Virus record (IMG/VR): IMGVR_UViG_3300028603_000018
Coordinates: 160,001 to 224,000 of that record
Reading direction: 5' to 3' (one strand)
DNA: 64,000 bases
DNA from: a virus
Lineage: Duplodnaviria; Caudoviricetes
The translations under genes and the position numbers were made by a program. The notes under the pieces are model-generated. The model made no database searches. It had not been told where the DNA came from and saw only the letters and a list, made by a program, of their open reading frames with translations. Shown here piece by piece: positions 31,089 to 40,264 of this stretch; the first letter of the stretch is position 1; every line of letters starts with the position of its first letter.

Positions 31089-32411
31089 CTACATCAACTG
31101 TTTTTTAGGATCATACTTAGTTGTAGCAAGTGCTGTACCATGCATAGATTTCATTACGATGTTCATAAAGCGGTTCCCAATTGCAGTGATAGCAGAGCCA
31201 ATAGAAGTGGGATCAGCAGCTTGCTTAACACCTACACAAGTAGCACAATAGTCGGTATGTTTTTTAGTACAATAAATAGGACTACGCACTTGTAAGACTT
31301 TACCTAAGTATTGCTCAGTGACTTCTTCAGTAATAGGTTTAGTTTTAGCATCTGTCTCATCGATATAATAAAAGCCAATTAACTCTTTCGATGTCAAGTT
31401 ACTTATTTCAATAGGTAGTCCAAAACGTGTACCGCAATCATCACCCACTACGTTAGCATTACTAAAGGCACGTAAAAGCCATTTTGCCAATTCACCACCT
31501 AATGCAGTCTCCACACCCCGAGAATATGAACCTGATCGGATATTATTAGCGTAATCAGTAAAACGAGTTAAATCCCAACCTTCAGATAAAGATTGTTTGA
31601 TAGGCGTAGCTTTAGGATCTACAACCAATCCTCCTTCTTTACCTGTAAACATGTAAAGCTTTTTCCTAATAACAGAAACATCTTTACCAGCAGTTAATAA
31701 ACCTTCTGAAGGATCACCCTTACGATAAGCTTTATCTAACGCTTCTAGTTCTTTACTAATAGCAGCTTCTACAGCAGGAATATGCAACTGTCCTTCATAT
31801 TTAGCAAATAACTCATCTCTTTTTTCTTTCATTCCTGGGATAGATCGTAAACTCTTCTCAGTATCGCCAGGTGTAAAGAGTAAAGCAAATTCACTAAACA
31901 TAAAAACTGCTTGAAAATATCTCTCAACATCATCGTAGTATAAATGCTGAGGATTTCTTTCTACACCAGGAGGAGGAAGAGGTTGTAGTAAGGCGGGAAT
32001 TGCTTTCTCAAAATCTTTAGCATTTAGATGAGGTTTGTTATTATAAGGAATGCGGCCAGTAAAACAAAAATACATAATAGCATTAACGAGTAATTGACCA
32101 TATGTTGTTTCAATGTCTTCTGTTATAATATCTTTATAATCGCCTGCTTTTAAAGACAGTGTGTCAGTATGCTCATATAAAGCATCTTGCCAGTTCTCAT
32201 TATTAATATCAGTAATGGGTGTTAAAGCATTACCATTATTAGGATCAACAAACCCTACCATTTCTTTAGTCTTAACTAATCGATAAGGATAAGGGTCATA
32301 TTGCCAGACATCAGGTTTCTCATCAGTCTTAGAGAAAGCATTAATTACCCAGTTAGTATTATAATGAGCGTTGTTATTAAGAGCTGTTAGGAAATAGGTC
32401 TTCTTATCCAT
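31089..32411 (-). CDS. Virion RNA polymerase beta' middle subunit (phiKZ gp80-like)
   Basis: SLSEGW, RSGSYSRGVETALGG bridge-helix motif, DDCGT, VRSPIYC...CATCVG, MKSMHG. Confidence 0.85.
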   Translation of the reverse strand: MDKKTYFLTALNNNAHYNTNWVINAFSKTDEKPDVWQYDPYPYRLVKTKEMVGFVDPNNGNALTPITDINNENWQDALYEHTDTLSLKAGDYKDIITEDIETTYGQLLVNAIMYFCFTGRIPYNNKPHLNAKDFEKAIPALLQPLPPPGVERNPQHLYYDDVERYFQAVFMFSEFALLFTPGDTEKSLRSIPGMKEKRDELFAKYEGQLHIPAVEAAISKELEALDKAYRKGDPSEGLLTAGKDVSVIRKKLYMFTGKEGGLVVDPKATPIKQSLSEGWDLTRFTDYANNIRSGSYSRGVETALGGELAKWLLRAFSNANVVGDDCGTRFGLPIEISNLTSKELIGFYYIDETDAKTKPITEEVTEQYLGKVLQVRSPIYCTKKHTDYCATCVGVKQAADPTSIGSAITAIGNRFMNIVMKSMHGTALATTKYDPKKQLM

Positions 32412-33301
32412 TATTGATTCCTATAGGGTTCATTCTTAAAAGTCTCTTTCTCTTTTAGAAAATTAAGAAAATCAACTTCAGTCTTTCTTAACTGAGTGCG
32501 CATACGAGATACTTGATCACTATTATCAACGTATCGATTAATGACTGGACTCAGTAGATTCAGTCGAGGTTCAGTTTCTTCAGATAGGATAGCACAAGCA
32601 TACAGTTCTTTAACTAAGCTTTCTTCTGGTAAGATTAAGAAGTAATCATTTAAAGCAATGATGTAATCTTTGATAGGTAGGTTTACAGCCATACCACTTC
32701 GAATAAAGCGAGTGATGTTTAAATCATCAATCTTTAAGTAAAGTAAGAAATCTTTAATTAATGCTAATTTACTTTTAACAATAGTGCTTTCAACTGTTTC
32801 TTCCACAGATTCTAAAGTAGCTTTAGTTTTATAAAGATCTTCTAGTAGGTATAAGGTATTAGGATGGACATAATTAATCCTAACTAAAAACCATTCTTTA
32901 TCAAAAACACAAGTAAGAGCTAAGATAGAACAAAACTTACCAATATCATCCTCATCTGAATTAATAATATCTACGATTAGTTGAGCTTGCTCTAACTCTT
33001 GGCATTGCTTTATAGCTCGAAGTAAAATATTTAAATCAGATACAGGTAATGAATCATCTTCTAGACCAATATAGTGGTCACGAATAATAGTGAATAAGAA
33101 TTCCCTATAGAAGAAATCAATTTCTTGAACTGCTGTATTGGTATCAATGACTTGACTGTTTAATCGTTCTAAAGTATCGATAAAACTATCATCGAAATGC
33201 TTTCCACCGAACTCAACCAGTATGTCATCACTATCAGTTAACACAGCTAGGTGCTCAGGCGTTGTATTGTCTATTAAAAAGTCACGGACTCTATCTAACA
33301 T
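32411..33301 (-). CDS. Conserved hypothetical protein
   Basis: 296-aa ORF; TAATG coupling to the vRNAP gene. Confidence 0.7.
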   Translation of the reverse strand: MLDRVRDFLIDNTTPEHLAVLTDSDDILVEFGGKHFDDSFIDTLERLNSQVIDTNTAVQEIDFFYREFLFTIIRDHYIGLEDDSLPVSDLNILLRAIKQCQELEQAQLIVDIINSDEDDIGKFCSILALTCVFDKEWFLVRINYVHPNTLYLLEDLYKTKATLESVEETVESTIVKSKLALIKDFLLYLKIDDLNITRFIRSGMAVNLPIKDYIIALNDYFLILPEESLVKELYACAILSEETEPRLNLLSPVINRYVDNSDQVSRMRTQLRKTEVDFLNFLKEKETFKNEPYRNQ

Positions 33302-33444
33302 AAGTCTTCCCTAGAAATAGGAGGGTAATGAATTATTTTTTATAGCGATAGTCCAATAATGTGAACGATCACGTCTAACATAGAATTCTGCTTAAATGTA
33401 TTTTTTACTTTACTTTTTATGTTATTTTAAAATGGATTAGAAAA

Positions 33445-33921
33445 ATGCCAGTATCAAAGAATAAACGCAATCGCACAAAACGTACACAAAATAAAAACAA
33501 CAGTATGAAAGGTTGGGATTTATTAAACACAACACACGATGGTGTATTTCATTTATTAAACACGCCTCGAATGCTACAACCTCTATTAGAGGATAAACGA
33601 ATCGATGAGAAGTTCCAAGGAGAGGAGCGAGAGCATTTAGTTCAAGATCTTCAGATTATTGGTCGAGATGCTCAGCTCATCGCACAGCGCTTGAATGAAG
33701 TGGGACAACGTCATGCTGATAAGAAAGGTGAAGTAAAAACACCAGATGAAATTATGGACGTCATTGTTATTGATACAGAATATAAGAGTATCTATAGCGA
33801 GATGGAAGTTGTCTATAGTCCCACTGTTCTAAGCTTAAGCGCAAGATTAGAGAAAAAGCGAGATGAAGTCATTAAAGAACAAAAAGAGCTTCTAGATAAA
33901 CTCGCTAATGAAAGTGCATAA
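33445..33921 (+). CDS. Hypothetical protein with basic N-terminus
   Basis: 158-aa ORF starting MPVSKNKRNRTKR. Confidence 0.7.
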   Translation: MPVSKNKRNRTKRTQNKNNSMKGWDLLNTTHDGVFHLLNTPRMLQPLLEDKRIDEKFQGEEREHLVQDLQIIGRDAQLIAQRLNEVGQRHADKKGEVKTPDEIMDVIVIDTEYKSIYSEMEVVYSPTVLSLSARLEKKRDEVIKEQKELLDKLANESA

Positions 33922-33939
33922 AAACAAAGGTATTTAATA

Positions 33940-35697
33940 ATGTCAGATAATGATCAAAATAATCCCTTTATTACCACAGGTAGTGAAGGTAAAGAATATA
34001 TCTCTCCTCCAGTTCCAGAAGAGTTAAAAGAAGTAGCTGCTGAGTTAAGTGAATTAGTTTACCAAAGCAGTGGAGTAGAACCCGCTGAAGCTATCTCGCA
34101 ACCTACGTATGTAGAAGAAATCGATCCTTTAGATTTAGTTGCTATTGAAGAAGAGGATGAAGTAAAGTCTACCCCTTCTGTTAGTTCAGACGAAGACCTA
34201 GAAGAGATGAGTCCTGAAGAAGAGGATGCTTATAATTATGCAGAAGAGGGACTTAGTGTAGATGCTAAGTTAAAATCCCACACTTTAGTTAATAAGTGGA
34301 AATCTGATTCTGATACCGTAGTTCAAGAAAGAAATGTTTTTTACCAAAAAGGTGAAGAGAAAGGATTGACCGGAGTTATTACTGATATCCAAGATATGTC
34401 AGTAATTGATTCCATGACAGTGCTTACTGAATCAGATAACCTAAATGCTGAAGATACCTCAACAAAGAATTCAGAAGAATGGTTAGTAACTTTCCAAAAC
34501 AGTGTTTATACTCAACCCTTTGCAGGACAGTTTCTTGATAGTGTTTCACGTAAAGGTTCTCAATGGCGTCAAAGCGTTGAGAATGAATCAGGTAAAAACC
34601 ACATCCATGGATTACGTCCTTCTTCAGGTAAAGGTGAGTTAGTAGGCGCTACAGCAATCTCTCACTTCCAAACCTCTACTCGCGTAGGTAAAACTATTCG
34701 TGTACCGCTTTGGCATTCCGGCTTCTGGATTACTATTAAGACACCTTCCGCTGTTCGTCAAGCTGAGGCTTTTGATAACCTACGTTCTAGTCGTGTTAAA
34801 GCTGGAATGGAGACGTATGGACGTGTCTTTAGTAACTATACTGTTTTTGCTAATTCTATTCTTTTAGACTTAGCTTACGAGAGTATTGTCATTAGCAGCT
34901 TAGATACAGATCCTTCTAATGTACGTCACTATGTTGATACATCAGATATCCCAGCTGTTATCTGGGCTTTGGCCTCGACTATCTGGCCAACAGGGTTTGA
35001 GTATTCTCGCTCTAGGATGGGAGATCCTAACAACGCTGCAAATATCATTCGTCAAGTTATTCGTGTCGATAACTGTCAATGGACAGATATCACAGAACTG
35101 ACTGAGTGGCAGCGTAACCACATGGCTAAAAAGACACCTCGCTCTATGTCTGTTGATTTACTTGAGCGTTATAAAAACGAGTTTACTCGTCGAGTAGATA
35201 GAAAAGTAGTTATTCAAGAAGCTACGGATGAACAACCTGAAATTAGTGTTGTCTTAAGAAATCCTAAAGCTGAAGAATACATTGAATCAGGACAGCGTTG
35301 GATTACTGATATTGTATCTACCTATATGCAGGTAGCAGGTCGACCAGGCGGTGATAAGGCACGAGATGATTACGTTTACCGTAATATGCTTTTAACTGAG
35401 ATGCGAGCTTACGCACACTGGGTAGCAGAGATTCGCCAAGGCTCAGCATTCGTTACTGAACCTAATTCTATTCTCAATACACTCAATATCCTAAGTGAGT
35501 CTGATGAGATCAGAGCTAAGTTCTTCACAGGTGTCTTTAAGTATATTGATGATAGTACTATTTCTATCATTGCTATTACTACGGATGATGAGAGAGAAGC
35601 CCCATTACCTCGATTCCCTTATCTGATTCCTATCGAGCCTGTACACACTTTTTTTACCAGACTCGAACAGAAGATGGCAGTCCTTTACAATCAGTAA
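33940..35697 (+). CDS. Conserved protein (phiKZ gp77-like), probable tail/baseplate assembly chaperone
   Basis: 585 aa with PLWHSGFWI motif; slippery T TTT TTT near the 3' end. Confidence 0.65.
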   Translation: MSDNDQNNPFITTGSEGKEYISPPVPEELKEVAAELSELVYQSSGVEPAEAISQPTYVEEIDPLDLVAIEEEDEVKSTPSVSSDEDLEEMSPEEEDAYNYAEEGLSVDAKLKSHTLVNKWKSDSDTVVQERNVFYQKGEEKGLTGVITDIQDMSVIDSMTVLTESDNLNAEDTSTKNSEEWLVTFQNSVYTQPFAGQFLDSVSRKGSQWRQSVENESGKNHIHGLRPSSGKGELVGATAISHFQTSTRVGKTIRVPLWHSGFWITIKTPSAVRQAEAFDNLRSSRVKAGMETYGRVFSNYTVFANSILLDLAYESIVISSLDTDPSNVRHYVDTSDIPAVIWALASTIWPTGFEYSRSRMGDPNNAANIIRQVIRVDNCQWTDITELTEWQRNHMAKKTPRSMSVDLLERYKNEFTRRVDRKVVIQEATDEQPEISVVLRNPKAEEYIESGQRWITDIVSTYMQVAGRPGGDKARDDYVYRNMLLTEMRAYAHWVAEIRQGSAFVTEPNSILNTLNILSESDEIRAKFFTGVFKYIDDSTISIIAITTDDEREAPLPRFPYLIPIEPVHTFFTRLEQKMAVLYNQ

Positions 35698-36143
35698 ATG
35701 ACCAGCCGTTTGTCTTAGACCATGATTTTGGTTTCAGGGATGATCAAGTAGATCCCTATATAGACAGATTAATTAAGCGAGTGAAAGCAATCAACCCGAT
35801 TTTATCACATCTCTTACTTATTGGAATGTATCATAAGCATTTTAATATTTGTGATCATAATCATGTTGATGCTCCTCCTATGCCAGAACTTGCCTTTCAT
35901 CACTTGGAAGATACAATGTCTGGTAATCTTTTGTTCGAGTTACCTGAGCGCTATTATGAAAAGGCTATTCATAAATACTTTCATATTAGCTTGACTGAAT
36001 TTTTAGAATTACCTATGTTCTATATAGAACACCTTTCTAGACTCTCAGATAAATACTCAGAGAAAGAAGTAATTCTAAGTAGGGAAATTGAAAACGCTAG
36101 TAAAAATGACCCTGCTTTGTTTAAAGGTTTAAAAACTAGGTAA
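35655..36143 (+). CDS. -1 frame extension of the upstream gene (gpT/gp51-like domain); predicted fusion ~734 aa
   Basis: Frame open from 35589 to 36143 with no convincing SD/start; entered at the slippery site 35649-35655; contains FHISLTEFLELP. Confidence 0.6.
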   Translation, partial: YQTRTEDGSPLQSVNDQPFVLDHDFGFRDDQVDPYIDRLIKRVKAINPILSHLLLIGMYHKHFNICDHNHVDAPPMPELAFHHLEDTMSGNLLFELPERYYEKAIHKYFHISLTEFLELPMFYIEHLSRLSDKYSEKEVILSREIENASKNDPALFKGLKTR

Positions 36144-36158
36144 GAGGAAAAATATAAC

Positions 36159-36938
36159 GTGGCTAAAAGGAAACGTAAAGTGATTCATAATCAAAACGAA
36201 ACAGCAGATCTACCTCAAGAAGAGAACGATGCTATTGCTGAACAACCTACTCCGGAAGTAGAAGAAGTAGAAGAAGTAATTGCTGAAACACCTAATGAAG
36301 TAGTAGGTGAGGTAGAGCCTTTAGATGAAAAGGTGTTAGAAGAAGATAACGAGGAAGAAGAACCTCTAGTTATTTCTGAAGAAGCTCCGGAATCATCCGA
36401 AGTTAAAGAAGAAGTTGTAGAGGAACTCATGCCTAATGGTAAAAAGTACCCTGAGTTACTCCCTCCAGACTTACGGCGTCAATATAGTGCGTTAGATGTT
36501 TCAGCTCGTCTAAACATCGATATGATCTTACAGTATATTTTCTTAATGGATAATAGTAAACACATCGATCCAATGCGTGGCGCTCAACTTCAAAAACAAC
36601 TCTTTTATTCATTCTCTTTATTACTTAATGCAAAAGAAGGAAAGTTTGCTACAAATACCGCAATTCTTTTCCCATTAGTCGTTAAGCATTTAAAAGGTGT
36701 GTTTGCTGAGCGAAACATTAATCGTTTCTATGAGTTTGTTGATGCCAGTGAGCGTGACACTAAAGCATTACCTTATCTCTTTGAATTAGTACGACTACTT
36801 TCTGATCCTAAGAGTCGGGATACTGTTGTTCGAAAGAATATCGGTCACCTCCCTAAAGCTTTAGAGTTAGCTAGTAGTGATCGTGGTCTAAATGAAGTCG
36901 GTCGTTTTAACGTAGCTAATTTCTTAGAATTACGATAA
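36159..36938 (+). CDS. Hypothetical protein with basic start and Glu-rich linker
   Basis: 259 aa, GTG start with GAGG SD; family hairpin follows (36946-36983). Confidence 0.7.
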   Translation: MAKRKRKVIHNQNETADLPQEENDAIAEQPTPEVEEVEEVIAETPNEVVGEVEPLDEKVLEEDNEEEEPLVISEEAPESSEVKEEVVEELMPNGKKYPELLPPDLRRQYSALDVSARLNIDMILQYIFLMDNSKHIDPMRGAQLQKQLFYSFSLLLNAKEGKFATNTAILFPLVVKHLKGVFAERNINRFYEFVDASERDTKALPYLFELVRLLSDPKSRDTVVRKNIGHLPKALELASSDRGLNEVGRFNVANFLELR

Positions 36939-36991
36939 TAGAAATGAAATAGGAGTCTTTAAAAAGGACTCCTATTTATGCCGTAATCTTA

Positions 36992-37831
36992 ATGAAAGGA
37001 AAGATAAGTAAGGAGTCTTATTTCATGTCGGTATTTAAAGAAAATTATAGTAGAGATTTCATCCGTAAAATCCAACGAGCATTAAATGAAATTTGCTATA
37101 ATACAACAAATTTCAAAGCACTTGTGACTGATGGCATTTTTGGAAATCTATCAATCACTATGCTAAAGACAGCTCAACATATTCTCAATGAACCTCAGAC
37201 GGGTGTATTTGAAGGTAATGTAAGTCAGCAAGTATTAAAGCTCATTCAAAATAAATACATTGATGAACAGCAATTAAGAGAGTTATCTACTGAATATGGA
37301 ATTGAATTCCCAATGACGATGGCTATCTTTGAAGTAGAAAGTAAAGGAGCTGGTTTCTTACCAAGTGGACGACCTATTATTCTGTTTGAGCGACATATTT
37401 TCTATCGTCAAGTAAGAGACTTTGCAGGTATTAACCGAGCTAATGAGTTAATGAAGCTACGGCCTGATATCATTAATACTGCTACAGGTGGTTATAAGGG
37501 CGGTGAAGCAGAATGGGATCGTCTAAGGGATGCTCGTAACCTATACAACATTCAAGCGCTTAGATCAGCGTCTTGGGGCTTAGGACAGGTCATGGGGTTT
37601 CATGCTGAACGCATTGGCTTCAGAGATGTTACGTTCATGGTTAATAGTGCGGCAGTTAGTGAGAGACAGCAAGCTGGTATGATGCTTCAGTTTTGTAAAA
37701 CAGATCCTGCTTTACTCCACGCAATTAGAATCAAAGATTTCCCTGGCATTGCAAAGATTTATAATGGTAGTAACTATGCTATTAATAAGTACGATGAGAA
37801 GTTAAGAGATAGTTATAAAAAATACGCTTAA
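36992..37831 (+). CDS. Modular endolysin: peptidoglycan-binding domain plus DUF3380 N-acetylmuramidase
   Basis: IQRALN...DGIFG...T PG-binding motif; EVES.G, ILFERHIF, SASWGLGQVMGFH, YNG motifs. Confidence 0.9.
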   Translation: MKGKISKESYFMSVFKENYSRDFIRKIQRALNEICYNTTNFKALVTDGIFGNLSITMLKTAQHILNEPQTGVFEGNVSQQVLKLIQNKYIDEQQLRELSTEYGIEFPMTMAIFEVESKGAGFLPSGRPIILFERHIFYRQVRDFAGINRANELMKLRPDIINTATGGYKGGEAEWDRLRDARNLYNIQALRSASWGLGQVMGFHAERIGFRDVTFMVNSAAVSERQQAGMMLQFCKTDPALLHAIRIKDFPGIAKIYNGSNYAINKYDEKLRDSYKKYA

Positions 37832-37847
37832 CAAAGTAAAATAAATT

Positions 37848-38756
37848 ATGAGCAAAGAACTACTACTAGGGTTAAATGAGAGGGGGGGGGGTGAAGATTG
37901 GAGTGATGTTCCTCTATTAGGTAGTCGTACCGCCTTACCTAACTTCCCACTCAATATTCTGCAACCATTAATGTTTGGCGTAGGTGATTATGTCTACGTT
38001 ATGAGTGGGGGGTTGAACTATGGGTATGGGTATGCAGAAAACAGTAACTTATATAGACGGTCCATCACTAGTGATGCGGGTGCTTGGACGCTAGTCAATA
38101 GTAATAATAATTATCGAATAGAAACTAACGTGGCATCTATTTTTATAGATGGTTTGAACGTATTTATAGTCAATTATAGAACAATCCGTTATTTTGATAC
38201 AAGTACAAATGAAATTGTATTACAAACGTCTCCCTATCCAACGACCAATACAGCATTCTTATTTTTAAAAAATACCATTTATGCTTTCACTAGAACTATT
38301 GCAGCTCAAATAAAGGTTAAGGGTCTTTATGATAGTGAATGGATAGATACTGGCGTCACTCTACCTAATACCGCAATCCTTGGTAATATAGGTATTGTAG
38401 ATGATGAGATTTATTATATCGAAGGTGGTATTAGTTATCATGTTAATTCAGATACCTTCGAAGTGACTGAATTACCCTCACCTATAAGACTGGTTACAGG
38501 TAAAGGTTTTAATGAAACTCCTACTGCTGTATATACTGCTTATACGTTAACTGGTAATACTTCTTATAATTATTTAGGTGAAAGATTTAAACATAAAGAC
38601 TTTTCTAGAAATGGAAACTTTAGTCCGTTATTACGAGGAAGCATAGGTTATTGTATTCACAATAAGAGATTCTATTATGTAGATGGGCAGAGCGGAACTC
38701 ATCCCAATGTTGTTTTCACTAACATAAGTGGAGTATATAACCTAAATATTCCTTAA
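37848..38756 (+). CDS. Kelch-like beta-propeller protein
   Basis: YVYVMSGG, IYYIEGG, FYYVDG blades with W spacers; ELLL N-terminal motif; G10 tract at 37882-37891. Confidence 0.6.
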   Translation: MSKELLLGLNERGGGEDWSDVPLLGSRTALPNFPLNILQPLMFGVGDYVYVMSGGLNYGYGYAENSNLYRRSITSDAGAWTLVNSNNNYRIETNVASIFIDGLNVFIVNYRTIRYFDTSTNEIVLQTSPYPTTNTAFLFLKNTIYAFTRTIAAQIKVKGLYDSEWIDTGVTLPNTAILGNIGIVDDEIYYIEGGISYHVNSDTFEVTELPSPIRLVTGKGFNETPTAVYTAYTLTGNTSYNYLGERFKHKDFSRNGNFSPLLRGSIGYCIHNKRFYYVDGQSGTHPNVVFTNISGVYNLNIP

Positions 38757-38852
38757 TAATTGAGTATTAATTTATTATAACCATATATCACTATAGTGTT
38801 AGTTATAAATAGCTATAAGTTAAATTCAATTATATAAAGGAATAGTTAACTG

Positions 38853-39137
38853 ATGTCTAATGAGCATATTTTTGTAATTATTACATCTTTCATTATTCTT
38901 TGTCCAGTATTCTTCTATATAGAAAAAAAGATTAAAGAGTATTTAAGTAGAGTAGGAGGAGTTGATAGCTCTCTCACTACCTCCCTTGCTTTTTTAATTA
39001 GTGTTAGCTGTATTACTATTATTTCTTTTATAGTAACGGTAATAACTCCAGTAGGAGGGCAAGTAATTCTTCGACCAATTCTTTTATTGATTCTATCTAT
39101 TCTACTGATAGTCTCTATTAAACGTTTTTGTCGTTAA
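38853..39137 (+). CDS. Small membrane protein (three hydrophobic segments)
   Basis: 94 aa, AAGGA SD, early motif at 38783, family hairpin at 39148-39183. Confidence 0.7.
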   Translation: MSNEHIFVIITSFIILCPVFFYIEKKIKEYLSRVGGVDSSLTTSLAFLISVSCITIISFIVTVITPVGGQVILRPILLLILSILLIVSIKRFCR

Positions 39138-39269
39138 ATACTTAGTAAATAATAGGAGTTCTGAAGAACTCCTATTTATGCCGTAAAATGTAATCTAGAA
39201 ATAATCAATTATATATAACTAATAGGAATACAAATAGAAGTTCAATAAACTCAGTTAGGAGAAATTCTC

Positions 39270-39392
39270 ATGTTAGATTTGATTAAGAGTAATAGTTACT
39301 CAATAGCTATTATATTAGCCTACAGTATTGTTGTCGGTTATACTGAAGGAATAGTTAAGGCTAAAAAGAGAAAGAATATTCTTTCAGATTAA
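39270..39392 (+). CDS. 40-aa single-pass membrane peptide
   Basis: SD AGGAG; MLDLIKSNSYSIAIILAYSIVVGYTEGIVKAKKRKNILSD. Confidence 0.65.
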   Translation: MLDLIKSNSYSIAIILAYSIVVGYTEGIVKAKKRKNILSD

Positions 39393-39403
39393 AGGAGAGT
39401 ATA

Positions 39404-39523
39404 ATGCGGATGATGAATTTGTTCGTAGGTGTTATTGTGGGTGCTGCCGTTACTAATTTTCTTTATGAAAAAGTACGTAAGAACTTCACGTTGGAGGTAA
39501 AGAAAAATGAGCGATCACTTTAA
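39404..39523 (+). CDS. 39-aa single-pass membrane peptide
   Basis: SD AAGGAG; MRMMNLFVGVIVGAAVTNFLYEKVRKNFTLEVKKNERSL. Confidence 0.65.
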   Translation: MRMMNLFVGVIVGAAVTNFLYEKVRKNFTLEVKKNERSL

Positions 39524-39683
39524 ATTTGGTTTATTTATTGGAGTAACAACAGCACTCTCGTATCTGTTGGGTAGAGAACTCGGTTATATGCATGGCAGAA
39601 ATCTATTTGAAGAAGATTTAGAGAAAGAATCTCCAACTCCAGAATCTTCTTCCAAATCCTCTGAAACAGGACAAAGTAGTTAA
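39507..39683 (+). CDS. 58-aa single-pass membrane peptide
   Basis: SD GGAGGT; MSDHFKFGLFIGVTTALSYLLGRELGY...; overlaps the previous gene. Confidence 0.65.
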   Translation: MSDHFKFGLFIGVTTALSYLLGRELGYMHGRNLFEEDLEKESPTPESSSKSSETGQSS

Positions 39684-39730
39684 AGCTTTTTATCAATAGT
39701 ATTTCCTATTAGTAAAAACAAAGGCAGAAC

Positions 39731-40105
39731 ATGACAACCAACATTCAAAAACTGAAAGTATTCTACAATGAAGAACATGAAGCTTTGTCGGTGTTGAGTG
39801 ACAACCCCCTCTTGGCTCTACTTCTACTTAAAGATAAAATGGGACGTAATAATATTGTTCCTATCTTTCAGACACAAACAACAAAGCTACGTACAGTGGA
39901 AACTCACCCAATACGACAGACACTGGTTTTAACTGATACTGTTATCAATGGTATCAGTCTTCTACCTTTGAATTACCTCTCTAGTTTGAAAGCAGTTATG
40001 GAATATAACCAACAGCCTGAAGAGAGTAAGTTCATTGCAGGGATGTTTAAAAAACCTAGTGGGAGTGAAGACAATTTCTTCTACGTAGATTTTTATGAAG
40101 AATAA
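39731..40105 (+). CDS. Hypothetical protein
   Basis: 124-aa ORF with AAAGG SD. Confidence 0.7.
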   Translation: MTTNIQKLKVFYNEEHEALSVLSDNPLLALLLLKDKMGRNNIVPIFQTQTTKLRTVETHPIRQTLVLTDTVINGISLLPLNYLSSLKAVMEYNQQPEESKFIAGMFKKPSGSEDNFFYVDFYEE

Positions 40106-40118
40106 CTATTCTTCATAA

Positions 40119-40257
40119 GGCATAAATAGGAGAGCATATAGCTCTCCTATTAACATGTCTTTTTTTTTTAGTAATAATACTCTATGAGTCTATAATCCAG
40201 CGTCTAACTAATTCCGTGGCATAAATAGGAGAGCTATATACTCTCCCCATTTATGCC
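40119..40257. repeat. Two family hairpins in direct repeat
   Basis: GGCATAAATAGGAGAGC at 40119 and at 40218, each closing a stem-loop. Confidence 0.75.
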
Positions 40258-40264
40258 TTTAACC

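Noticed and set aside
30997-31251. 84-aa plus-strand ORF
   Set aside because: Crosses a terminator and is antisense to the vRNAP gene; no SD.
40119-40257. Mini CRISPR array
   Set aside because: Only two imperfect repeats, members of a dispersed hairpin family; no cas genes in the window.
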